Source: Chiloscyllium plagiosum (Eukaryota). From it: a stretch of DNA of 64,000 bases. The position numbers and the translations under genes are program-made. Positions 48,555 through 61,986 of the stretch are shown in pieces. Below the pieces are notes generated by a model. That model did no database searches, was not told the origin of the DNA, and saw nothing but the letters and a program-made list of their open reading frames with translations. The stretch spans positions 82,351,872-82,415,871 of the forward strand of contig NC_057711.1 in NCBI RefSeq assembly GCF_004010195.1. The letters are read 5' to 3'. Each line of letters starts with the position of its first letter. The stretch's first letter is position 1.

Positions 48555-50395
48555 TTTTTTTCTTCATTAGTGGGACATGGGCATTGCCAAATCATAGTTG
48601 CCACTGAGAAGGTAATGGTGAGCTGCCTTCTTGAACTGGTACAGTCTGCATGCTGCAAGTTGACCCACGTGCCCTTTGGGGGGAATGCTGGCATTTTGAC
48701 CCAGCAACAATGAAGAAATGGCAATATAATTCCAGGTCAGAATGGTGAGTGGCTTGCAGGTAGTGGTGCTCCCACATATCTGCTGCCCTTGTCCTTCTAA
48801 ATGGAAGTGGTTGTGGGTTTGGAAAATGCTGTCTAAGGATCTTGGCCAATTTCTGTACTGCATCTTATAGTTAGTACACACTGCTGCTAATGAGCACTGG
48901 TGGTAGAGGGAGTGGATGCTTGTGGATGTGATGCTAATCAAGTGGGCTGCTTTGTCCTGGATGGTATCAAGCTTCTTTGAATGTTTTTGAAGCTGCACTC
49001 ATCCAGCCACATGGGGAGTTTCCATCACTCTTTACATGCCTCGCAGATGGTGGACAGGCTTGGATATTATCCAGATCTTCTTACATTTAAATGCAGATTA
49101 AACATTGCTCAATCATCGGTGAACATCCCCACTTTCTGGCCTTATGATGAAGAAAGGAAGGACACTGATGAATCAGCTGAGGATGTTTGGGCCTTGGGCA
49201 CTATCATAAGGAACCCTTGCAGAGTTGTTCTGGAACTGAGATTACGAACCCCCAACAATCACAACCATTTTCCTATGACTGATAGGTATGACTCCAATGT
49301 GCATGGAGTTTGTCCTCTGATACCCATTGATTCCAGTTTTGCTAGGGCTCCTTGATCCACACACAAATGTGGCCATGATGTCAAAAGCTGGCACTCTCAT
49401 CTTGCCTCTGGAATTCAGCTCTTTTGCCCATGTTTGAACTAAGGGTGTTATGAGGTCAGAAGCTGAATGGCCCTGGTGGAACCTGAACTGACACTTGATA
49501 GCACTGTTGATGACACCTTCCAACACTTTACTGATGCTCAAGAGTAGACTAATGTTGCGGTAATTGGCCAAGTTGGATATGTTGCGTTTTTTTGTGTATA
49601 CAATATATTTGGGCAATTTTCCACATTGTTGGGTAGATGCCAGTGTTGTAACTATACTGCAACAGCCTGGCTAATGGAAAGGCAGGTTTTGGAGCACAAG
49701 TCTTCAGTACTATTATCAGAATGTTGTCTGGAGCCCATATCCTTTGTATCCAGTGCCTCCAAGTGTTTCTTGTCATCATGTGGAAGGAATTGAATTGGCA
49801 GAAGACTGGTAACTGAGATACTGGGGACCACTGGATGAGGCCGAGTTGGATCATTCACTCAGCACTTTTGGCTGAAGATTGCTGCAAATGTTTCAATCTT
49901 ATCTTTTGCATTGATAAGCTGGGCTCTGCCATCACTGAAAGTGGCGATATTTGAAGGACGTCCTTCTCCAGTGAGTGGTTTAATTGTCCACCACCATTCA
50001 CAACTGGATGTGGCAGGACCACAAAGCTTAGATCTGATCTGTTGGTTGCGGGATAGCTTAGCTCTGTTTATCATTTGCTGTTTATGCTGTTGATATCTTT
50101 ACCAGATTGATATCTCATTCTTAGGTATGCCTATTCTGGATCCTGGCATGCCCTCTAGCACTCTCACTGAACCAGGGTTGGACCTCCAGGTTTCATAGTA
50201 ATGGTTGAGTGGTGGATATGCCAGACCATGAGGTTGCAGATTGTGTTGGAGTACATTCTGCTGCTGTTGATGGCCCATAGCACCTCATAGATGTGCAATC
50301 TTGAGTTGCTAGATTTGTCTGAAGTCTGTCCCATTTCACATGGTGATAGTGCTATATGACACAATGGAGGGTATTCTCAATGTGAAGGTGGTCAT
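48555..50395 (-). mobile_element. CR1/L2-group LINE, ~1.8 kb decayed ORF2 portion
   Basis: NYRNISLLLSISKVLEGVINSAIK..QFRFHQGHSASDLITPLVQTW, PDNILIIVLKTCAP, KKLDTIQDKAAHLI; tail shared with 11040 and 26487. Confidence 0.8.
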
Positions 50396-51076
50396 TCTCA
50401 CAGCTCGTCACTAAGTAGTAAATGATAGACTGCATCTTAAGAATTTTTACTCTATACTAGGACAACATCCTGAAATTGTGATCTAATTCAGAGGTTTAAT
50501 GATGGTGAATGCTGATAGTTTGCTGTCAAACACACAGCAAGTTGTAGGCCAGTATTTCAAGCTACTAAATGAAGTAAGATAGCTTTTGGCTCCTTTCCAA
50601 AATTTTAGATATCTATTTCCTGATTAAGTGTAGTTAGATAATCCATTTCCAAGCCTTTCTGGCGATACAAGAAAGCAAATTGATAGGCCTTACCTACCAA
50701 CATCCAAGCTAGGTGGTAGCCTTTGCTTAAGATCACTTCAATAGCATTTCTGAGGTGATTGTGTGCAACTGCAAGGTAACACAGTAATTTGGAACACAAA
50801 TTTGCTGCCATGTATTATTGGTTTAGTATTAGTGAAATCAAATGTCTACATAGCTGTGCCTCTGATTTCAGTTAAATTCTGAGGGCTGACAAGTGTAAGC
50901 TAACTGGGAAATGTGCACTTGAATATTTTGAATGTTATGAGAGAAGTGTGGTTTTCTGTGGAATAGGCACATCAGGTTAGTCTTCTGCCTGGGAAATCTT
51001 GCATGATTTTCCCATCAGCACAGTAGAATGTTGAGATCTTGTAATTCTACAGACAAGTTGAGAAGTGCGTTCTTAC

Positions 51077-51253
51077 CTGACTGGAGCGTAACCGTTTCAT
51101 TTCCAATTGGTTTTTCTCCTGTAATAGTGCTTCTTTTTTGTCTACAATAACTTCCCTTTTTCTCAAGTCCTCTTCCAACTCAGCTAGAGCTTGTCTTTGT
51201 TGCAGAACTTTCTCCACCTCCTCATCCAACCATTTGCGTTGTTCATCAATCCT
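51077..51253 (-). CDS. KIF27: KIF27 internal coding exon (177 nt, phase 0/0)
   Basis: [59 protein letters not shown] closely resembles vertebrate KIF27 ([11 protein letters not shown]...KKEALLQEK...KLRSSQ). Acceptor CTTTTAG|AGG, donor CAG|GTAAGA. Confidence 0.95.
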
Positions 51254-51429
51254 CTAAAAGTAGATTCAGATGTACACAGGTAACATCAAACACCCAAGTA
51301 AAATGGGAAACAACAGTGATAAAAATGTAGTCATCTATCTTAATTTATCTGTTCATCAGACATAGGCATTGCTGGCAAGACCAACATTTGATGCCCATTC
51401 CTATTTGTCCTCGAGAAAGTGATGAATTG

Positions 51430-52544
51430 CCTTCTTAAACAACTGCATTCTATGTGACACTAACATATTGTGGTGGTATACATTTTATATAGCAAAAGAT
51501 ATGTTGACTTTGAGAGAGATGTGTATCATATTATCTAATAGAGAAATAAGAACAAAAAGTAGTGGAAAGGCACTTCATATCAATATCTTAAAAGAAAAGC
51601 TTGGTTTCTGAGGGAGAAGCTATGATAATTCATTTCATATCTCACGTCACAGAAAATGTAATACATAACTTAAAAGAAGCAAGTTTAATATTAGAATAAA
51701 TAAATTGATCTTCACCTGGTGAAAGATACATTTGGTAGATTTGCTGCCTTATAGGTTAGGAGCAGAACAGCCTGACTGATTTAGTATGGCAGAAAAAAGC
51801 CATCTGGTAGTCTTATAAGTGGCTTTTTGTTTAAACAAGATGTAGTGCGTTGCATGATATAAATCAAGTACAAGTTGCATTGGTATGACAGACAATGTTA
51901 TCAAGACTATGAGGAACAGCTAGATGTTAGGTGCACCTCCTTTGAGATCCAGAGTTCTTCACTCATCAAATTCCATATCATGTTGGTGCTTGGCACACTC
52001 TTCTGCATTAACCCTTTCAGAAATCAGCATCTTAGACATCATCTCCCTTCAAAGCTTTTTTTCCCCAATTATTAATACTTAATATTGTTGAAACGGAGAC
52101 AAGAAAAATAGACTGATAATCAAACCTCATTATTCCATCAATTGCAATATCAGACAAATGTTTCATTTAATCAATCATCAAGATAACCAACTACTTTCCG
52201 TTTGTATTCCAGTCCAGAGTAAAAGTGACTTTCACCAGGCATCTTTTAATGAACTCAAAATAATAATTATAACACAAAAGAACCTTATTCTTAAAACAAT
52301 GTTGCATCCTAGTTAACATTCAAGGTATCAACCTTCTTGAACAACTGCATTCCATGTGACACTAACATATTTTGGTGGTATATATTTTATACAGCAGAAG
52401 ATATGTTGACTTTGAGAGAGATGTGTATCATATTATCTAATAGAGAAATAAGAACAAAAAATGATGGAAAGGCACAGCAGATCAATATCTTAAAAGAAAA
52501 GGTGGGTTTCTGAGGGAAGAGCTATGATAATTCATTTCATATCT
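51430..52544 (+). repeat. 213-bp direct duplication (51430-51642 and 52332-52544)
   Basis: Both copies run CCTTCTT(A/G)AACAACTGCATT...GCTATGATAATTCATTTCATATCT with scattered substitutions. Confidence 0.92.
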
Positions 52545-52720
52545 GGATTAGAAATTAGAACTATATTCCCTAATTCCCAAATACAGATACCTTAACACAA
52601 CAAATAAGACAAGTCTCTGTAGAGATTACGTTTTTTTTTTAAAAAGCACAAAAGAAAAATATCTCTGTTAGCCATGCATCTGAAAACAAAGGATGAAAAC
52701 AAACAAAGAGCTGGAGTCCG

Positions 52721-52804
52721 CTATTCACCTCCTTCAGTTTGCTCCACTATTCACCTCCTTCAGCTTGCTCCACTATTCACCTCCTTCAGCTTGCTCCACT
52801 ATTC
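52721..52804 (+). repeat. 26-bp tandem repeat (3 copies plus a partial) within a reversed CR1 tail
   Basis: Unit CTATTCACCTCCTTCAG(C/T)TTGCTCCA, followed by TAAGGTCATGGCTGATC (CR1 tail, minus strand). Confidence 0.9.
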
Positions 52805-54729
52805 CATAAGGTCATGGCTGATCAGACTGTAATCTCAAATTTGTATTTGCACCTACATCTGATAACCTTTCACACGCTTGCACAAGAATCTACCCACTTT
52901 CACCACATTTTCAGGAAAGAAACAGACTGAATTTGTGACTACTTCTCTCAGTCCACTAAGTTTCTTGTCAATGAAATTGATCAGCTGATAGCTTCAGACT
53001 GATAGAAGACCTTCATTTCAGATTGAAATCAAGCTGGACCTGAGTCTTTGGAAAGTAGCCACAGATAAGCTTTTCAGGGTTTGTAAGGTAGGCAGAAATA
53101 GAGATACTTGGAAGTTTTATCAGGTTCCCAAGAATTTCTACTGAGAAAAGGCTGGGGAATGATGGTGGCAGTTTGGAGGTGGAGCAGGGGTGAGGTGGTG
53201 AGATTTGCAGCTCTTGGGGTTTTCTTCCATATGATTAGTTAGGTTCTGTACATAGTTTGGAAATAGTACTATACCTTAAGAAGTCTTCTATCCAAGTTGA
53301 ACTGTGTTCCATTTGGCCCATTTCTGAAGTTAAATATTCCAGAAAATACTATTTCTGCTGTAATGCCTTCTTAATGTAATTTTTTTTTAACTTAATGGCT
53401 TTTAATTTTGTTGTATGTCAATGTGGCTCTATTGTCCTTGTTTTAAAGGATTTAAATTCTGTAAGTCTAATGCTAAATAAAGGGATATTTTCACATTTAT
53501 TTACCTACCACCATGACTGGCCTCCATGGAGCCTAAGAACTGATCGTAGCCTGATCCCTGAAACACAGAGGCATAGTCCCCCTGAGCACAGTTACATCAC
53601 AAAATGCGTTCCTGACCTTTTGTGGTACCTGAGGCAGACATACAGTCTTAGTTGCTGGTGTGCCCTGCAAGACAAGTCTGCCCTTACAGGGTGCAATGCC
53701 AGTGTATTGGAAGGTGCCAGGATGTTGGTGATAGTCCCTTGAAAGTCAAGTGCCAGATTCCATGGTCCATGCAGTACATGTGTAGCAGATGCTCATGGAT
53801 CATGCTCTGCTCTGCAGTTTGGTAGTGTGCAAGATGGTTGCCATTTGGAGGAAGGAGCAAGTTGAACCTGCCAAACACCTGCTCCGGTTTCCGTATAGTT
53901 TTCCTGACAGCTCATTTGTTTGGCAAGATTACAGTCTATAACGTGATGGAATATTAACAATGTGTTTAACAAGCAATAATGGTCCTCAATTGGAACTCAT
54001 CACTGCCTAGTTAAAATCTCACTACATCACTCAAGTAAAAAATACAAGATACAACCAGATGACCTTGAGACTAAGATGAGCTTCACCAAACACATTGCCC
54101 AATTCTGCCACATATCTGGCCAGAACCCACATTGCCCAGAATCTGATAATATTCTGCCTATACAGACAAAGGTTAAACTGAAGAAGAAAAAATGTGTTTT
54201 GACGTCAGGTGGATAAGATATGCCCAAACTAAATTGAATAATGAAAGTTCAGAAGGGAATTGAAAAAGCAAATAAGATAAACAAATAGTATGAAAGAGAC
54301 AAGCAACTAACAGAAGAGGAAATCCCCAAATCTTCTCTCGGCATGTCATGTATGTAAAAAGTGTAGTGTAACAAGTATAGTGAAAGATAGAATGAGGCCA
54401 ATTGAGAACCAAAAAGGATACTTATGAATAGCAGCAGGAGGCATAGCGGAGATATTAATTGAATACCTTGCATACTGCCCAAATGATGGTGAGAAACCAT
54501 GTAATTCAGACACTTAAAGGGTTTAAAATTGACAAGTTATTGGTGAAGCATTGGGACCAGATGAGACTTACGCAAGCACAAGGAGGCAAATGGCAAGTGT
54601 TCCAGCCATAATTTTCCAGTCTTTCTTAGACTCAGCAATGGTGCCAGAGGACTGGGGAGAATTGCAAACATTCTGCCCTTGTTTAAAAAAATGGAATGAC
54701 AAGTTCAGCAACTACATGCCAGTCAGTCC

Positions 54730-55460
54730 ATGGCCCCAAACTCCTTCCAGGTGAAACAGTTATTTACAATGCATTCAGTATTCATTGCTCACAATGTGAT
54801 CTCATCTACATTCAGGAGTCTAAAAATTGACCATTTTGAGGAAAACCTTAGCTCAATCTGCAAGCATGACCCTGATCTTCTAGTTGCTAGTCATTTTAAT
54901 CATCTTACTCTTACAGTTACATTTCTGTCCTCAATCTGCTGCAGTATTGCAATGAAGCTGAATGCAAGCTCGAGGGACAGCCCTCATCTTCCAATTAGGC
55001 ACTTTACACTTTTGTTGACTCAACACTGAGTTCATCAACTTCACAGCATGAGCTCTGCCTGTCATTTTGATCTGATTTTATTGCCATTTGCCAATATGAA
55101 TCTTGTTATTCATGATTTTGCTCTCAGTTTGAGCTGTCCACTATTCTGGCACTTACAGTTGGTTTGGACAAACACTCTTGTTTCTTTGCTCCAACCATGA
55201 CTACTCCCTTTGCTTTTTTTCCATGACAACTTTAGTCATTAAATATCTATAATTTTTTACCCTAACCCAGATCGCCCTTTCACTTCTTCCTACACCTTAC
55301 CCTTGCTTTTAACAATATATGATCTATCATACACCCACCCTCATTCAGTTTTGAAGAAGAATTATATTTGACTCAAAATGTAACTAGGTTTCCCTCTCTA
55401 ATTATGCTGCCAGAACTGCTCAGTATTTCCAGCACTTTCTGTTTTTGTTGCAGATTTGGA
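54730..55460 (+). mobile_element. Old Penelope-like element 3' end (GIY-YIG remnant + 3' UTR with decayed HHR)
   Basis: PNSFQVKQLFT...DHFEENLSSICKHDPDLLVASHFN; terminal TTGAAGAAG...GACTCAAAATGTAAC...ATGCTGCCAGAACTGCTCAGTATTTCCAGCAC resembles the 42679 arms. Confidence 0.65.
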
Positions 55461-55529
55461 GTTGGCCCCAGGTTTGTTATCTCTATCTTGAAATATAGGT
55501 AAACAATATAGTTACCTGTGAGTTAACAT

Positions 55530-55740
55530 CTAGTATGGGTGTTTGTTAGTTAATTTGGCAATGCAAAGTGACACCAACAGCGCAGGTTCAATTCCTGCAC
55601 CAGCAGGAGTTACCATGAATGTCACACCTCCTCAATCTTGCCCTTTGGCTGAAGTGTGGTGACCCTCAAGTTAAACCACCACCAGTCATCTCTAATGAGA
55701 GAGCAGCCATATGGTCCTCTGGGACAATGGGGACTTTACT
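55530..55740 (+). mobile_element. tRNA-derived SINE
   Basis: B box CAGGTTCAATTCCTG; tail GGTCCTCTGGGACAATGGGGACTTTAC. Confidence 0.55.
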
Positions 55741-56112
55741 ACACTCAGTATATGTGCAGCACCGTCCTCATCTGCCAATACGATTTGTTCAAACATTTTG
55801 AAAACAAGTGCTGCAGTCTTTTATTAACACAGACATAAACCTCAAATTCAAAATTAGCTCAAAACACGGATTATCGCAGTCAACTGCACTTACTCTAACA
55901 ATGCAAATCTGATGGAAGTACATTTGGGTGTGAAACTGTCTCACACAGTAAAGATAATGTAGCTCTTCAACTAAACGATTGAAAGATGATGGTAGCAATG
56001 GAATTGTACCTAAGCTAGCAGGCATTTGGGTAATAAATAAGTTGGTCATGCAAATCAGGCTGCAGTGCATTGACAGCCATACTGTATTTGATACCATTTT
56101 CTGTTCCATTTC

Positions 56113-59100
56113 TTCATTTTATAGGTATTTTTATTGAAAGAAAAAGATTTTTTTTTTAACATTTTTTACAAAATTACAAAGTAATACAAACAAATATAGG
56201 CACTAATATACAATTAAATATATATATTAAAAAAGAAATAAATAATAGCCAAAACACAACAAAAGAAAAAAAGGAGAAAAAAAACTCAGCTAACTACTAA
56301 TCTATCCTACAAACAACCAAAGCATAAAATATCTTATATTACTAGTAAGAAATAACATAATAATTAAATATGTACTCAAAATGGATCAACATCAAATCAT
56401 AATAAAACCCGTATTTATATGGGACCCCTCCCCCGGGATGGGGTCCGCGGACCAGCCAGAACCACTACCACAGCTAGACAAAAGCCCTTGACAACATGGC
56501 CGAAATATCTGTGTCTATATAGTTCAAAAAGGGCTGCCATACTTTATAGAATAATTCAGTTTTTTGGTGCACCATATTTGTGAGGAAGTCAAGGGGGATA
56601 TATTCTATGATTAACCTGTGCCAGTTCGAAAGTCCTGGAGGACCCTTAGCTACCCAATTCACTAAGATATTTTTCCTTGCACAAAAAGAGAGAATGGAGA
56701 ATAATTTCCTCCCGTGCACATCTAAGGAGGGCACATTTGAAAAGCCCAGGAGAAGAGACACTGGATCCAATCCAATCTCTGTTCCCAAGATTTCTGTCAG
56801 AACATTCGCTACTCTGTCCCATAAACAGTGCATGAGAGTGCCCACTTCTATTTTACATTTAGGACACATTGGGGATGTTCCTACCCTAAATTTTGCCAGT
56901 CGTTCTGGTGCTATATGAGCCCCGTGGAGTATCTTTAATTGAATAGCTTGAGTTCTGTTACAAATAGAGATCTTTCTGGCATTTTCCCAGATGTCCTCCC
57001 ACATTCCTGAAGGGATTTCTAACTCCAATTCCTGGTTCCATATTTTAAAAAGTTGTTCCATGTCTTTCGATACCTCATTATGTAATGAGTGATAAAGAGT
57101 ACTGACTGAGGGTGGACCTATTGGCCATAGCACTCTTCTCTCCCTATCCGATTTGTAGGGACTGTCTAATAATGTGGTCTTCTTCTGTATATAATCTCGT
57201 ATTTGGAAATACCGAAAAAGGTCTCCATTAGGCAATCCAAACTTCTGGTGCAGCTGCTCAAAAGACATCATAAACTCCCCATCAAATCGGTCCCCTATGC
57301 AAGAGACACCTCTGGACCTCCAGGTTTTAAATGTAGCATCTATCTGCCCTGGCTGAAACCCCCATGCTCCCACTATAGGAGTATAAGGAGAGGTTTTTTG
57401 TAAGTTATTGCCGCATTATCCTCCAGGCTTTAATTGTATTTAATACAATAGGGTTTTTACAATAGTCCATAAGAGCTCTCATCTTATCTAAAAATAAAAG
57501 ATTGATGAGGAGACACTTTGCTTGGGAGGTCTCAATGTCTAACCAGATTGATTGTGGGTCACAAGAGACCCAATTGGCCACATAGCCTAATAGAGAGCTC
57601 AACTGAAAACTCCTAAAGTCTGGAAAATCCAGTCCTCCCCTTGCTTGTGGAAGCTGCAGCTTCTCAAATTTGATAAGGGGCCGTCTATGATTCCAAATAA
57701 AGGAACCAAGCCAGCCATGTAGTTTACGTAACATCAGTCTCGGCAATGTCAAAGGGAGCATTCTCATAAGATATAAGAGACGAGGCAGAATATTCAGTTT
57801 AACGAGAGCTACTCTGCCTAACCAGGATATTGGGCGATCTCCCCAGCATTGAAGGTCCTGCCTTATTTTTTTTCTATTAGGTGTATATAATTGGCTTTAT
57901 ACAGCTGACCAAATACTGGGGTGATAAAAATACCTAAGTATAGAAAACCCTCCAGTGACCACCGAAAGGGAAAACAAGATCTGTCCGATAAATTGGATAT
58001 ACTAGCGAGACCACCCAATGGCATGCCCTCCGATTTTGTAAAATTGATTTTGTAGCCTGAGAACATACTTAATAGATTAATTACTTGAATTAAGCGGGGG
58101 TACAGCTATCAGAGGATTAAAAACAGGAGGATATCATCTGCATAAAGAGTGATTTTATGTTTACCCAAATCAACCCGCGGAGCCACTATATTAGAGTCGG
58201 TTCGTTCCGCTTCCGCTAGAGGTTCAATTATTAGCGTGAATAATAAGTGAGAGAAGACATCCCTGACGACAGCCCCTACCCACGCTGAAGCTATCTGAAC
58301 CTAAACCATTGGTAATCATGGCTGCTTTGGGGTCATTGTATAATACTGAGACCCATTTAGACAATACCTCTCCAACACCAAACCTTTCCAGTGTGTAAAA
58401 AAGATATGACCATTCAACTTGGTCAAATGCCTTCTCTGCATCCAAGGAGACAACTATCCCCGGTATGCTTTCCTGTTGACAGGCTTGTATTATATTTAAG
58501 ACCCTTCTAATATTATTAGATGATCTACGGCCCTTGATAAACCCCGTCTGATCCTCTTTTATGATATATGGTAAGACCCTCTCGAATCTTAATGCTAACG
58601 TTTTAGAAAGGATTTTAAAATCTACATTTAGCAAGGATATTGGTCTATATGATGAGCAATCTTCTGGGGCCTTTCCTTTTTTAAGAATGAGACAAATATT
58701 TGCTTCTCTCGATGAAGGCGGGAGGCAGCCGTAACTGTGTGAATAATTATACATGTCTATAAGTGGACCAGCCAGTTCCCCAATGAATTCTTCATAAAAT
58801 TCAACCTAGAATCAGTCTGGTCCAGGTGCTTTGCCACTCTGAAGCTGTCTAATTGCAGTGAGTACTTCCTGGGTTACCAGGGGCGCATTTAGGATTGACA
58901 CTTGCTCCGAGGTTAAATCTGGAAAGGCCAAGTTTTTGAAGAAGAACTCCATCTTCTTAGTTCTATCCTAACAGTCCTGTGATTTATACAGTTCAAAATA
59001 GAACTTTCTAAAGGCTGTATTGATCCTTTTACGATCACAAGTCAGAGTACCAGCACTCTCCTTAATGGACGTAATAGCTTGAGGAGCTTTATTTTTCCTA

Positions 59101-61910
59101 GCAAGATACGCTAGGTATCTGCCAGGCTTGTCACCATATTCATATAGTCTTTGCTGTTTGAGTAAGTGCGGTATTCAAGGCAGTCCTAAGGGCTGTAATC
59201 CTTTGTAGCTTAGTAATAGAGCACCATTCAACATACGCTGTCTCAGCTGCCTTCAAGCTAGCCTCGAGTAGACGCTGTTGTTCTCCCTTTTGTCTTTTCT
59301 GGGTCGCAGAATATGACATGATCAAACCTTGTGCATAAGCCTTAATGGTCTCTCACATCATTGATGGGTTACTGGTCGTATCTGAATTAATTTCCAAAAA
59401 GTTTTGAGTTCTTGAGAGAAATATTTTATAAATTTGCTATCCTTCATTAAAAAGGAATCCATACACCAATGTCAGGGGCCTGTTCCATCATCCCTAGTCT
59501 TAACTTCCATACATACTGCAGCATGATCAGAAATTGCTATGTTACTTATTTTGCAGGACAATATGGAATTCAAAAGGATCGAGGGAGCGAAAAACATATC
59601 AATTCTAGTATGACACTTGTGTGGGTTAGAGTAGAAAGTAAAGTCTCTGCCCTGGGGGGTGAAGGCACCTCCACACATCTACTAACCCGAGCTCCTTATT
59701 CAGATCCGCCAATTGTCTGGATCTAAGAGATATATCCATAGTACTCTTGGGTATCCGAACTGTCTCTGAGTCCATAATACAATTAAAATCTCCTCCTATA
59801 ATTGTATGGCAGACCCCAAAAGCCATCAACTTGGAGAACGCTTCTGTTACAAATTTGAAGGGGTGTGCCGGGGGGGCAATAAAGATTCAAAATCCCATAC
59901 TCCTCTCCACTTATTAAGGCTTTGATCAGTATATACCGTCCAGATTCATCTTTTATCTGGCTTAAGATTTTAAAAGGAATATTCTTCCGAATAAGGATGA
60001 CTACTCCCCTACTTTTTGAGCTATCCACCCTGTTGTAAGTTTAAGTGCTCTTTGTCAAGTAGATGTGTCTCCTGTAAAAGAGCTATATCAACCCTTTATT
60101 TTTTTAAGGTTTGATAGTATCTTCTTCCTTTTGATTGGTGAATTACTCCCTTTGACATTCCAGGTGCACCACCTAAGCGAATAGCGAGCCATGATCGCCC
60201 TGGCAAGCCATGATCGCCCTGGCAAGCCCGAGACCCCCCAGGAGGAAGAGCCCCACCCAAAACACCCTGAATAAAGACCATGAAAAATTCACAAAAGCAA
60301 AACTTCTTTACACCAATACAATTAAAAAATATTCCTTAGTAAAAAAAATACAAAACACATTTGAAAGGAGATATTTCCCCTTGCTCCCAGGGGGCGTAAC
60401 TACCTATCAAAAACCCCATCATAACCTCTCCTTAACTAGTGCCTCGCCCTCAACCTAGGCGTTGTAAAATGGAGTAGACAATTTCAAGTGTTCTATAAAA
60501 CCAAAGTTAAAAGTGAGTGACCCACCCCCACAACACCCCCTCTCCACCCCCAACACACCAACACCTAGGTGCGTTTAGAAAACATAATACAAAATATGAA
60601 TATATAAAACTACAAAGTTACAATCCTAGCAATTATTAGAAAACTAAATCAGATGACAGAAGAAGAGAACTCCGCCCTATAAAAAGATAGGACAAAACAA
60701 ACCCCCCTCCCACATAAATTAAATAAGCCGCATGGCCTGTAAAAAGAGAAATCACTTAGTGAATAATAAATAAGCCCCCCCTCCCTGCCCCCTGGAAAAG
60801 GTAATAAACAAAAAAGGGATGGAGAAGGAAAGAAGGGGTAAACCGGGGAAGGGGGTGGGGTGGGGCGCAAAGCAAAATCACTATCCATATGATTGGAATC
60901 TTACAGTCTATTTCTCCGGTGATCCAAAGTTGTATACGGATCCTTCGTGGCTGAATCGCAGCGTTGCTGGGTAACGCAAGGAATATTGGATATTTAGGTC
61001 TCTTAGGCGATTCTTGATCTCATCGAATGCCCTCCTCTTGCGGACCACGGCTGGAGAAAAATCCTGGAATAACATAATTCTGGAACCCTTGTGCATCATG
61101 GCCTGGGGATCCTTCCCCAGGATTCTGGAGGCTTCCAGGAACATCTGTTTCTCTTTATAGCATTGGAGCCGGAACAGATCGGGCAGGGGTGCTGGTCCGA
61201 CCCGGGCCTGCGTATAGCAACCCGGTGGGCCCACTCTACCCGCACCTGGCCTGATCCGGACTCCAACTTTAATATTACAGGGAGTCATTGCTCCAAAAAT
61301 ATTGCAAATTGGCCTTCCTCTTCCCATTCGGGAAAGCCCAGCAACCGAATATTTTTTCGAGGACCCCGATTATCGAGGTCATCGATGTGTTCTTTCAAGA
61401 TCTGGACTCGCTGCTCAAGAGCCCGGACGCGGCCCACAGCCGATTCGGCAGCAGCTTCCGAGGTCACGGCCTTTTGCTCTGCCCCTCCAATGCGTGGTTC
61501 GAGTTTTTCAATTTCTCGGTCATGCCTTTACAGCACAACCAAGAACGACTCCCACCTGCTCCTGGATTCTTCGATGAAGGCGTAGATCCTCTCCTGCAAC
61601 TTGTTGATCACGGAGACCAGGCTCGTCTCCGCAGATAAGTCCCCCGAGGTTGCTGTGGACGTCTCCGCTGCTGCTGGAGGGGGTGGGGGAGGGGTCCCTA
61701 CCTGTTGCAAACTTCGGGAATTTTTGCCCTTAGTCATTTTAAGAACAGCACCAACTGTTCAAGTTTGATGCAAAATCACTAAGTGTGCTGGGCAAAATCT
61801 ATTTTAAATGAATTAAAAGGTGTGGCGAAGGCGGGTGCCCCACTTTGCCCAAGTCTTAAACAGAGCACTACAGACTCAGACTTGTTGGGTCACCGCCATC
61901 TTGAATCTCC
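56113..61910 (-). mobile_element. Full-length (5.8 kb) L1-clade LINE, disrupted, with 14-bp TSD
   Basis: TSD TTCTGTTC(C/A)ATTTC at 56099-56112 and 61911-61924. ORF1 61737 to 60908 (DDLDNRGPRKNIRLLGFPE, IMLFQDFSP, YSLRYPATL). ORF2 ~60190 to 56474 (IGGDFNC, TRIDMFF, SDH, YRPISLLNVDFKIL, GCRQGC, LYADDILL, CPKC..HCLW). AATAAA near the 3' end. Many stops and frameshifts. Confidence 0.95.
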
Positions 61911-61986
61911 TTCTGTTCAATTTCAACAATAAAAATATTACTGAGAAGAATAATAAACATTGCAGCCAGACATGTTTAAGATATAC

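Noticed and set aside
52721..52804. CRISPR-like array
   Set aside because: Head-to-tail 26-bp units without spacers, in a vertebrate LINE tail.
56474..61737. Active L1 or host genes from the many ORFs here
   Set aside because: Fragments of a single L1 ORF1/ORF2 broken by stops and frameshifts; plus-strand ORFs are antisense artefacts.
61876..61986. ORF extension VYLKHVWLQC... beyond the KIF27 exon
   Set aside because: Intronic read-through past the CAG|GTATAT donor into the L1 5' end; no KIF27 similarity.
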